Assembly: GCA_029953675.1 (NCBI GenBank)
Contig: JAMWBK010000002.1
Coordinates: 2,170,001-2,234,000, forward strand
DNA length: 64,000 nucleotides
Reading direction: 5' to 3'
DNA from: Rhodosorus marinus CCMP1338
Taxonomy: Eukaryota > Plantae > Rhodophyta
A program made the position numbers and the translations under genes. The notes beneath the pieces are model-generated. The model saw only the letters and a program-made list of their open reading frames with translations. It searched no databases and had not been told where the DNA came from. Positions 38,752-50,387 of this stretch are shown here, piece after piece. The first letter of the stretch is position 1, and each line of letters begins with the position of its first letter.

Positions 38752-40041
38752 GAATAAAAGTAAATTGATATAGACGGCATACGGCAGAAAAATATCTTTC
38801 CAGGTTCGCACCCAGTTTGATTCTCTTCGGATGCAGAGCATCTCCCGAGAGAAACCATACGAAGTGCTCTCCAAGAAGAAAGCAAACATGACTGACCACC
38901 TCAAACTCCATTCGCCCCTTACGAGGGTGTCCATTCAGCGTGCCCGCAAGACATTGCATTCAAAGCAAAATAACAGGGACAATCATGGCATCGTAAACAG
39001 TCCTGAGCTATAGATACGGGAAGCTAGCCTCAGACTGAGATTCGACAAGCAGTATAACTGTTATACTCTTTGCCTTAGAGAATTCAGAAACCCGGAACCC
39101 GTGCACGGCGGCGTTGTATCTGTGGTTTCCGTTGAAACGGTGGGCGATGATTGTCCTTAGTACTAACGTATCTTACTGCATGGTTGTTCTGTTTGTCCTT
39201 ACGCAAGCACCAGATCCGCGATAGATTTTTGTGGAAAGCAAAACCAGAAACGCATACACGTGACGAGGCGCGTCTAAAGTATTCCTTACTCCAAAGAGAA
39301 GAAGTACTGATGCGGTTTCCCCAATGTTTTACAACTTTTTTGAGATCATATGCTTTTAGCGTCGATTACGTTACCCGCAGGTCCGCAGAACGACGTCCGG
39401 GCGGCAAAGTTTTAGTCCGAGACCCAAAGGAACTTCTCCAGATGCGGAGTATGGCAAGCAATAGCCCAGGGAGTTTGGTCATCGGGGAAGCCCAGGCTGA
39501 AGAAGACTATCGCTGTGCCCACAAACGAACCTTGCTAACCCGACGGAGTTTTCACATGGACCTTGGCATCCCGTCAGCGGGACGTTAGGGCGTTAGTCTA
39601 GTACTTTGCTCGCCGACGTTTGTCCAGATCGTCGATCCTCATCAAGCAATAACTCGCATCTCTATTCCCTGTAAAGTCTGTCCTCTCTGTCGGTAGTTCC
39701 TTCGACCCCCTAACACGATGTTGAAGGAACTCTTTCTGTCACTGCGCAGGATGGTCTGGAGTCCATCGGCTTGGGAGCTCTTCAGGTTTAAGACTAGTCT
39801 TTCTGCAAGTGAGTAGAAGGCTGGAGAGGGGGTAGCTTTGAAGAGGACGTCTACTTTCCAAAAGCAAAGTTCTGCTGTGATTTTTTCGCCGGCGTTTTGA
39901 AAGGAGAGGAAGAAGGTGGATGTAAAGCGTCAAGGACAGCTGCTCTACTTGTTTTGGAAGGGGTGTTTTGGGGTTGGGAGGAAGGGGTGGTAGAGTGAGA
40001 GTACAACCTTTGTTTTCTTTGTTTTATTGGTTTCTGCTTGG

Positions 40042-41301
40042 ATGCAAGTACAGTTCTTGGACGATTCGACGAAGGACGATCGTCTGGGGACTGAAGGAAG
40101 GAGTCCGTCCGGTTCAACAGTTCATGGTGGACAGCAGGATGCGCAGACGATACATGTTATAGATGAGAAGGATGCCGGTCCCGTGGATTTTGGTGAAGAA
40201 GAAGTGGAGGCGATTGTCAACTTACCGTTCGTAGATCAACAACCAGAAATCTCGCTTGAACATAGCGATACGGTGGCTGAACCTGACCTGCTTGAAGTTT
40301 TTCAGGGGCGTGATGAGAACGTGGTTCATTCGGAGCCAACACCCAACAGAGCGGAAGCAGCTCATGTGGAGGATCTTGCTAGTGAACTCCCACCCTTGGC
40401 CGAGCTGGAAACTAGAGTAAACCTAGACGGAAAAGGAGAGCCTGCTCGAGACGCATCTAAACGAATTCATTTCACGCCGGCAACTGTTCGACAGAAAAGG
40501 CTCTCTGCTGGTCGCCGTCTGGACCCTACCGATACGTCAATGTACGTAGAAGACGATAAGGGCCTAGACGCGGGAGAGGCAACTCTGAAAAAGGAAGCAG
40601 AAGACTTGAAACATCGGACCGGAGGAGGGCACGGCCTTCTGAAGGTATCCACTGCCCGCCTAGAAACATGCCTGGCTCAAGACCTTGGCGTTTTAGACCT
40701 GTCAAACCTTGGCTTGGATGATTCGCAATTTGAGGCGATATTCCCGCGGATCGTATCAGAAGGGGGTCACGTGTGGGCGCTGCTACTCGCTAGCAACAAC
40801 TTGACGAGACTGCCCGAGGATCTCGGGAAACTGGAGCACCTGACGATTCTCAATCTCCGGAGGAACCATCTTAAGTCGCTCCCAGAGTCCATCGAAAAAT
40901 GTCAAAACCTGAGAGAGCTCAACGCAGCTGAGAACGAGCTTGAGTCGTTGCCCTCCGGTCTCTTTGGATGTCCGGTGCTGTCGAGCCTGAACTTGTCACA
41001 GAACCAACTGACGAAGTTGATAACCGACCGTAGCTATGACTTCAAGCTCAGGTCTCTGACCGCACTGAACTTGAGCCATAACAAGATCAGCAAAGTCCCA
41101 GATGCCCTCTCACAAGCGCCGCTGACTGTCCTTGACCTTTCCCAGAACCTATTCCAAGGCCTTCCAGAGACGTTCGAAATGCTGACCTCTATAAGAATGT
41201 TTATTATCGATAACAACCCTTGCATAGATCGAATTCCCAAGGCGCTCCTTAGCGGAAACAACGCGATGGCAGTTCTGAGCCACCTCGCCGGTCGGCGCTA
41301 G
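40042..41301 (+). CDS. Leucine-rich repeat protein with acidic disordered N-terminus
   Basis: About 7-8 LxxLxLxxNxL repeats (LLLASNNLTRLP, LNLRRNHLKSLP, LNLSQNQLTKL, LDLSQNLFQGLP). Single exon. Confidence 0.85.
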   Translation: MQVQFLDDSTKDDRLGTEGRSPSGSTVHGGQQDAQTIHVIDEKDAGPVDFGEEEVEAIVNLPFVDQQPEISLEHSDTVAEPDLLEVFQGRDENVVHSEPTPNRAEAAHVEDLASELPPLAELETRVNLDGKGEPARDASKRIHFTPATVRQKRLSAGRRLDPTDTSMYVEDDKGLDAGEATLKKEAEDLKHRTGGGHGLLKVSTARLETCLAQDLGVLDLSNLGLDDSQFEAIFPRIVSEGGHVWALLLASNNLTRLPEDLGKLEHLTILNLRRNHLKSLPESIEKCQNLRELNAAENELESLPSGLFGCPVLSSLNLSQNQLTKLITDRSYDFKLRSLTALNLSHNKISKVPDALSQAPLTVLDLSQNLFQGLPETFEMLTSIRMFIIDNNPCIDRIPKALLSGNNAMAVLSHLAGRR

Positions 41302-44300
41302 AAATCGCCGCTAGAAAAGGCGAAGAATGCTTAACTATTATCTATCTCCCAGGGCCGCCGGAACTGTTACCAACGGCCCGGCAATACTTGTCAATACACA
41401 ATGTGCGAACACGAATCCAGAAAAGCCAGCAATGGTTTTCATCTTTGTTGCAAATCTTCCCGAGACTTGACGTCCAAGGGTGTGTCTTTTGCTAAGGCCA
41501 GGCTAAGACTATAGGCAACCACCAAAGCTATAGGAGGCCTCGCCTTGCTGGTATTGCTAGACTGACCCTCCCCCCACCCAACGGGGCAGTGGTGAGACAT
41601 ACAAATGAATCCTAGAAGCTGAAATTGCCAACTGTGCAGCTTTTTGTTTGCTCGGGTCGTATAGCTAATGCTAGCACTGCTGGCGACTGCTGGAGAAGCG
41701 GTGGACAAGGGTTTGAGAGCAAGCAAATGGTAAGCGCCAAAATTGGGGAAACGAACAGCATCGAAATCTGCTGCGTTCATAGCTTGCGAAAGCCCATTGG
41801 CCCTGCAAACTCCCTTGGGAGCGATTTTGTTTTGATGACCACAGACCTCACGCGAGGACTGCATCCACGGAGGCGGGCGACACCTCGAGAATCTACGTAT
41901 TGACTGAACAACGGCGAGGAAAAAACCACTGTGCGGTTAGCGCTGAGCCCATCAAACGGTGGACGAGAGGAGAACATCGAGGTTGGATTCCGCGCGGACG
42001 TGGAAACTTCTAGTCGCGACAGGAATGGTTTGGACAGCCATTCCTTATACTACCATATGGTTTGTACTCCTTACGGGAAGGCCGAAGAACTTGACCCTTA
42101 GCAAATTCGCTCAGGTCAGCTTGATCTGAGTCTGCTGAAATTTCGATCTTCCTGGAGAATGCTTAACGGGTTCAGCCAAGCCAATTGCTGGGTAACAGGG
42201 ATTGTACTGGATCGGTTGATGAGAAAATCTTCAAGAACTCCCAATGCGCCAAAAGCTATTTTGAAGATCTTCTGCGGCAGACTTTCAACTCAAGCCATCA
42301 AGAGTCAGCCGGCCTCAGCTCTTCAAGGAGCTTGGATTGTTGTGGTGCGGTCCAACCGACCAACCGGGTCTCGATGAATTTACGATGTTGTCTTCTTTTC
42401 TGAGGGCCGCGCCGGTGAACGCTTCCCGGCGCCCCCCCCCTCCCCCCCCCACTCAACAACCCGTCATCCTCCTCAGTAGCCAGAGACTCGCACGACTTGG
42501 GGGAGAAAACGTTTTGCATTCTAGCTCATGATGACTCAACGCTCACATCGATGCGTAAAATTTCTGATATAAATTTGTCAATCAGGAAAGTCCAGACAGA
42601 GAGATTAAACTCACTGCGTGATACCCCTGTCCCATGACCGCACCCGAAGAAAAAAAAGGATACTTCGCTTTTACAACCTCCTCAAAACAACTATTCCCCC
42701 TTCCACTCTCCGCCACCCACCGATGCCATTCCACCGGATCCATATCCGAACTGATACAAAGCCGAGATATGAAATGAGATAAAAAACGTTTTTCTTAACA
42801 AATTCCAATACCTTTTTTTTTTGAATGCCAAAACCCCCTAAAAAAGAGGTGGGGCCCTCGGTCGGGGAAGAATAAAAAAGTTACCCGATTTTCAAGTATC
42901 CTTAAATTACGAAAATAATTTTAAAGAACTATCGACTAGATTGACTGAATATCCGACTATAGGGAGATCGCCAAAGCATGATTGGTTGAAGCGATAGCGG
43001 GTGACTTACTCCTTAAGATATCATTGGTTGAAGCAACTCGCCCAGTTCGGCTTTTGGCGCGATCCTGTAACGATTCTATTGGTAGATTTTCTCCACTGTG
43101 AACAAATAAGGACGGAGTAATTCGCCAGATGTCCGAACTTGTGCTCTTCTGATTCGCTAGTTCATATATCTTAGGAAATATTAGATATCATCCCTTTTAA
43201 CGACTTCGAGGACCGGATAGAATATTTTGTCCCAACAACACCAAGCTTCTCGTGCCCCCATCCAACACTTCTGGACCCGGCCCCCGTCGAGAATTATGAT
43301 TTCGAATCCACTTGAATCTGTGTCCTGCTTATATAACCCCCCTAGCAACCCAAAAATGATCAGTGGCTGACGACTGCGAATAAATATCTTCTACAATATA
43401 ATTTATCCATTTATGAATTAAGGAAATAATATTTGATATAACCGATTATTCTTCATATAATCAATATAATGATCTTGTATTAAGAAGCTTTACAGAGGTA
43501 TGTAGTATATTTGTTTTTGAAACAAACATCACAGCCAAATATAAGCTTGTTTTTAAATATATTTTAGTACCTGGGTCTATTCGGGGAATGCTTTCTAGAC
43601 CCCCTTATCTTCTAAACGGATTGAACGAATGAGTTTTTCAGTGTACCAGTTGCCCCCCCCCCCACGTGGAATGTGGTATGGGGGACAAGATGCAATCTCA
43701 TCCACTGAAAAACGCAACGAAAAAACCTGTTTGTTCAAGATTTTTCACGGATCCCCGCGTTTTTTAGAGGTTTTTTTTTTTGAGGCGAAACTCATGTCGA
43801 TTCAGGCGGGCGGAAAGCCGAGCCCTTGGACGCTTGTTGAGATCCGACATCGATTGTAGCCGAAGAAGGATCCCCATTCCTTGAGCTACCGAGCAGCTCG
43901 AAAACTGCCCGGGCCGCCCGGCTCCCCGCGATCCCAGAGAGAGCAGGCACCCGCTCCCCTCCATCTTCGCGAAGATTGGTCAGGCAAAGTCACACCAAAA
44001 AACCCCACAAGCGCAACATTTACCCATAACCCTGAATCAGGAAGCAAGAAAACCGGTCCGCCTTCCTTTGTGCAGGAAAGATTTTCTGGAACCTGCAGAC
44101 CAACAAAAGCTTAAACTGTCTGCTTCTATCTGTGTGCGGGGCTGGCCCCGCCCGGGAGTGCGGCACCCATAAGCACATCAATCCATACCCATATGATGCC
44201 CATAAGCACATCAATCCATAGTAGTCCACCGGCCAACGAACACCGTTCAAAACAACGCCCGCCTCCCTTCGGACACATATCTATTAGGGTTGTTTTCTTT

Positions 44301-45344
44301 TTCTTCCTCCAAATCCATACCCCAAAAAAGAAAATCCACCCTCTCCCTCACCCCCTACCTGTCAAAACAAAGGTTTGTAATATACCCCGGCCAACATCCC
44401 CGTCCCCTAAAATTTCTTAACATAACAAACTCCCAGTATCCACCCCCCCCTCCTTTCTTCCCTCTTTCAAGCCTCTTCCTTCACATTTCCATCTCAAATC
44501 ATACTTTATCCACCAAAAAACCCATCTGCCCATTCCCAACCCCCTCTAAAACCCCATCTAAATCCAATTCTGCAATTCTCACCCAAAAATTTCAATCTTT
44601 CAAAATCTCCTAATTATCACCACCCCCCCCCCCCCAGCTCTCTCACCACCGCCAAACACAAAAATCCACAGAACCCCGTCACCCCCCCCCACCCCCTCTC
44701 CATCTATTTAAGATATATCAAATAAAAAGATTGATTCAATCCAGAATCGACGGTAAAATCGCATATTTTTATTGAAAAATAAGCTGAATCGATGGATTGA
44801 CGACAATCTCGTCTGTTGACCTCTCATCGAAATTTTTCTTGCTCCTTTTTTTGTTTCTTTTCTGTCCGTTGCAGATCGGCGCGGAGAAGGGGGTGGGAGG
44901 GGGAGGGATAACGTTTTTTAGTGTAAATTTTTCCAGTGTTTATTGGGAAAGGCTTATTTTATTTTTTTTGGGTTGGTTTGACCGCAGGCAAAGTAGCCTT
45001 TTGTTTTTGTGGGGGGGTGGGGGTGGCGGGGGTTGTTTGGATTATGTCCTTTTCATCTGTGTATAGTGAGTGTGGTGTGTGTATGGGGTGAGCTGTGGGT
45101 TTTATAATTTTTTGGGTTTTGTGGGGAGGCAGCGGAGGGAGAGAGGGGAAGGTGGGGAGATCTTAGGTTTTTTTGGGTTTTTTGGGTGAGAAGAGGTGAG
45201 TAGATAGAGTTGAGAGGTTGAAGTGTGGGAGAGGGTTGGTGGGTGGGGGGAGGGGGAAGGGGAGTTTTGATATTTGTTTTGTGTTGTGTGTTTGTGTATT
45301 TTGTTGGAATCCTGGGTGAGGATTGGGATTGGGGGGGGAGTGCG

Positions 45345-46429
45345 ATGGTGGTAGGGTTTGTTACTGGGGTTGGGGCGGGGAAGCCCGCGACGCAGAAGAG
45401 GAGCGCGACAACGTGCTCCGGGTGGAAGAGACGGGTAAGAACGTGTTTGATGTGGCGGATGTGATCTGCTATGGCAATGGGTCTCTGACAAAATCTCCCT
45501 CGTTTTCACGCCTGATGGCTGACTGCGTTTCCCTGCGGTGCTTGTTAACGAAAATGTAGAGCAAGTGGAAAGAGGCTGCAAATAAGGACGTCAATGGCCC
45601 GGATATCACAATTCCGGAGGAGCAGAAGCAGGAAAAAGCCGTGGGTACGTCCGCCGATACCGGTACGTGGCTATCTGGCATGTCCATGAAAGGGGATAAG
45701 GAACAAGAAGCGATCATGGAGCAGAAAGCGAAGGAAGTTATGAGTTCCAAGCTTGACGGTGCCGCTGATGACGACTCGCGTGGAAAGTTCCGCTCTCCTA
45801 TCGCAGGGATATGGGTGTCCGGTATGCCAGCTCCAAAGAAAGAACCCTCACCAGCACGTACTGAATTTTACCGTCGTTTAGAGGCGGATGGTCGCCGGAA
45901 TCAGAATGTGGACGATTCCGAAGTGGAAGTAAGCGGCAGAAATTCGCTGTACCCTTCCATAGGTTTTTGGCAATCTCGGAACCCACCTTACGGCCTCCCC
46001 TCTCATTCTTACGTGTAGGTACTCTCTGCAGAGCTAGTAGGCAAGATGAAATCGACAATGGGTGAAGCAGCACAGGAAGTGAAGGCTAGGCCTACTAAGT
46101 ATCTTAAATTCATTGTCTTTGGAGCTGGAAGTGCCCTTGTGTCGGCTCTCTTCCGATCGGTACTGTACTCAGTTGGCGAGCTTCCTGTCCTTCAGGATGG
46201 TCTCGAATTGGTAAGCAACCCTCCAGTGAAAGGAAACTGTATGGGGAAAAGGCTTTTTGTGAAGATTGAAGTGCTTACCACTACTCGATGCGTTTTTGGT
46301 TGATCCGATGCACAACTTTTCTAGGTTGGTCTCGGATATACTTTCTGGTTTATCTACCGATTTCTCGCATATCAGGACGTACGAGCGGACTTTGTGGAAA
46401 AGGTCAAGAGGTTCGCTTCAGAAGAGTAG
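45345..46429 (+). CDS. CURT1: CURT1/CAAD-domain thylakoid-curvature-like protein with transit peptide; 4 exons, ~251 aa
   Basis: Exons 45345-45434, 45560-45928, 46019-46210 and 46325-46429 splice in frame. C-terminus ELPVLQDGLELVGLGYTFWFIYRFLAYQDVRADFVEKV is the CAAD signature. MVVGFVTG... is transit-like. Confidence 0.8.
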
Positions 46430-48066
46430 TTGTCAGACAGTTCACCAGGTACTCTACAAGTTCGGGTGAAAGGACGAGATTCAATGACGTACGGGGTACC
46501 TCCGACTCTAGTACGGAAGGTCTAAACGATTTTCAGTGCATGGCATGGAAGGGGAAAACTCGAGCGCAAAAATCAATAGCTTCGTATTGTTTAGTTGAAG
46601 TAAAAGTAGTATCTTGTAGAGGGCACTATCCGTGTGTCTTGCTTCCCGACGATATTTTGCCTCACTGTTCCGCCAGAGCGAAGACGAATTGAGTTTTCGG
46701 TTTGGCGGGGCGCGTAACGATTACGGGCTGGACTGCGAGCTGGTGTATCTTGCCCGAAGTGGAGCCACTCCCATTCCAGCGAAAAAGCAGCCGTGTGGGT
46801 ACTGGTTTGCCGCTTCCGGCCTCGAGTGCAGGTTTGGTTCCAAGAGCTTTCTTTCCCCAGCCAACTACGTACATCAGTTCTAGACCCTTCATTGGTTCTT
46901 TCAGGAGATCGACTAGTGGCACGCTGAGCCATCCAAAACCTGCCCAACGAAAAAAATTCTGCACTTGATAGTCCCAAGTATAAGCAATCAGCTAATGACA
47001 ATCTCAGGTTGATCGCAAACCCCACAACTCCAGCTTGAATTTGCCAGCAGACAGATATCATATTTTACGACTTAAACCTCTCAGATACTGTAAATGCTTT
47101 TTTTGTGAACAAAAAGGATCCTAAAAAAGGAATAAATCCGTGAATGAGACCCAGAAGGGGTGCTTTGCTCTAAATTATTCAGACAGAGAACTATTTAAGG
47201 ACACCTTGGGTATAGGGTTGTAAGTTACAACTTGTAACCGATTTTGTTGGTTGGGCCAATCCGCTTTCCTGGGGAGTTTGTAAGAATGAAGAGGGCGTGC
47301 AAACTTTGATCGTCACGATATAGCTGATGGAAGTATTTTTTTGGATTCGATTCTCCACGGCGAGCTATTCGCATGTTGGGTTTTTGCAATGGGATGCTGC
47401 CAAAACAATAACAACGCTTCCGGCCAGCCGTTCGGCAACCCCGTGCGTGCATCGTCCATGTATGGGTTGCTCTGCTCTGTCTTCATTACTGTCCTCGCGA
47501 CTGGCTTCATTCTCGATCAATCGGGAAAAAACATTTGTCCGCTTTGAGAGGGGAAACGCGATTGCTCTTTTTTGCACCACTGCTTTACCGTCAACTTGTC
47601 CTAACCTGAAGTGCTCCGCATTCCGCAGAGCAAACTAGCCGGATGTCCAATTTTGTTTTCCTGCCACAGTGGTGAAGATCCTTATAGCCTGCCTGTATTC
47701 TGAAACACAGGACTGCTCGGCGATAAGTTCCCCGTCAGATCACTTCCTGGCAAGTGGAGCATCTGAGAGATAAGCGGCAGGCCGAATCGATCGATGAAGT
47801 CAGTCAACGTCAACACGTGATTAAAACGATTGAACAGGGTTGAATGTTTATCTTGATTCTATATATTATTGATTGAACCTATGGTGAGGCAGAAGGCATT
47901 TTCTAGGTTGACTTGAGTAACTGAGAAACTGACGCCATAGAAGGCTCAAGCGTCCCTTCTCCCCCCTCCAAGGAAGGGCACTATACCATCTGGAAGCCCG
48001 CGTTTGCTTATCTATGCCTGACTTTAGATTGGGACGTTTTGAATATCATCGCGGAGGCTGAGCTGC

Positions 48067-49452
48067 CTATTGGTCTTGTTCTTTCCGCTCCTCTTCCTCG
48101 AGTTTCATCCGCAGGTCGCGGAGCGAGTCTTCAAGTCGCTGAATTTGGCTCTTGGAATTGTAGTTGTACCGGTACAAGCCGTAGTACAGATCAAAGCTGT
48201 CTTCTGACGGAGAAGAAAAGGAGTCGAGGCACTTCGTTTCAGACAACCGTGGATGGAATTCGGCTCACGGAGCACGGGGCTAAACTCAACTGATGGTGGT
48301 ATCGATGACACCGAGAAGAGATTCGTATCCCTTCGTATCGATTGGAGTGGAAGTCAAGCTGAGCCCGGCGAGCATCCGACCTGGAAAGCAAACAAAATAT
48401 AACGACCAACGCGTTCGTTAGAACACCTCCGTCGCAAGGAAAAAAGTTGGTTCATATTTCACCTGTTGTGTGGGTTATGAACTGGGTAGATGCAGCAAAC
48501 GAATCATGCTCTTTGCTGGTCATGGGAACCATCGAGCACTGCTCAAGTTCCCATATCAAAATGAAGTCTTCAACTATTTTCTGTCTCTCCTAGAGAAAAG
48601 AAGAGACGGCGGTAAATGTGAGCGTCACCTTTGGCGCTCCTCAGCTGGCATGATTGTATCCCAAGTGCATACTTCATTATATACTCTCACGATGTCGTAG
48701 ACAAAAGGAAGGTTCTTCCACGAGTGCTTTCCACTTTCAGGTCCGAACATTGGATGTGTGCATAGGATGTCCGCAGACGGTGGAAGCATTTCCATCATTC
48801 TGGCGTTGTAAGTCAGAAGAACCTCTTTGATAAGCTATTCCTACGCAATCAGAATGATCTGCTCTCCGTGCTATTTCAGGATCGTCCTTACAAGTCTCTT
48901 GGATACTCCTTTACGCTACATACATCTACAACCACGCGATTCTCAAGCCTTCACGAGGACGAGCATAGCGAACAGAGGTTCCGTGGTTCATCTTGAGCGA
49001 AAAGTTTTGGATTGGTCACCGTACTTGAGTGGATCATTTCCATACCTCTGAAGGGGGAATTTAGTCATCACCGTCTTGAGAGACATGATACTTGTACAGA
49101 GGATGACGACGTCTGGATTCTGATCCAGGACTTCATCGGCTGTGTTGAAATACTCAGCTCCTAGTTCCTTGGCGACGGTGCTGTAGTCAGACCGACTCTG
49201 CCCGAGGACTCTTACATAAAGTACGGCAGGGAGAAAACAATAAATTTGTTTTGGTTGCCTCATGTAAGTCAGTTGTGTCTCTGCCGTTCTTCGGGCTGAA
49301 GCTGCCACACTCTAGCGCTATCCTTCATCAGAAAACCTGCTGCATTAAAAACCTCACCTGTGGCCTTGCCGTACAAACGTCTTGGCCAGAAACTGTCCAA
49401 AGTTTCCAAACCCGATAATCGCCAGGGTCTGCGGGCGTGGATGCGTCGCCAT
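48067..49452 (-). CDS. TYRA: Plant-type TyrA arogenate/prephenate dehydrogenase, single domain, multi-exon
   Basis: Spliced product: IIGFGNFGQFLAKTF, VDVCSVKEYP, DILCTHPMFGPESG, HDSFAASTQFITHTTGR, STPIDTKGYE, DSFDLYYGLY. Mostly absent from the ORF track because the exons are short. Confidence 0.92.
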
Positions 49453-50387
49453 ACCTTATTCAACCCCCCAAACCTTCTCAACCGCCGATTCTCCAAAAAT
49501 CTCCTCGCTCTCACAAACTTGTAAGATTCTAGCCTTACTTCTCGCAAGGATCGATTTCACAAGTCCAAAAAATATCCTTTCCAAACTTCGATCCCTACCC
49601 AAAGCCCAAACACCCAACAGACAGCCTCGCCCTCCAAAACACGAAAAAACCACTGTTTCCTGCCAAAAAAATTCCGTCCTTTCTGGATCTCCGTTTCAAA
49701 GGCGTTAACCCCAAATATGTTTTTTTCGGATAAAATTTCTATCTCCACTCATCGACGGGGTTTTCATCAATACATGTTTTGTCCCGAACACGACTTGGAG
49801 ATACGGAGTTCCTCGACTGTTTCCACAGATTATTTCGATTGGCTTTTCGTTGTGGGAGAAGGTGTTAGTGTAGTGAAGATCCTTTCTTCAGGTGTTCTGC
49901 CTGGCACCCCTCACCCTACGTTGACAGGAGTTGGGAGTGTTTTTGGTATTAGTTGTGACGAAGTTTGTCGTTTGGCTATTGTAGTGCTTCGTCTTCGTGA
50001 GTATCTTGAGTGTGTGAATCCGACGTGAAGACGAGGTGAAAATTGTCCGTCGAAGATCGATTTGCAGCCATGTCGGTATTTGCCCGTGGAAGCTCGGCTT
50101 CTTGGTGCTGCTTTCTTTTTTTGTTTGACCTATTTCCATCTTCCCCGAGCAGGTTGTTTGCATGATCACAGGGCGATCGGTAGCATGCTTCCATTTGGTT
50201 CGTCTCTGGTCCCTTAGAGACGAGAAGAACCTGACTTTCGAGTTTCGTTCTGTGCAGCTCTTGGTTCCTGAAAAAGTTATTCCTTTTTTTGGGTGGGTGT
50301 TTGCTTTCATCTCTGTTCTTTCTAGCTTGCACACAAGCAACAAGCGACATGCTAAGCCGTCAATAATTAAGACTTTTGCCAGAGACA

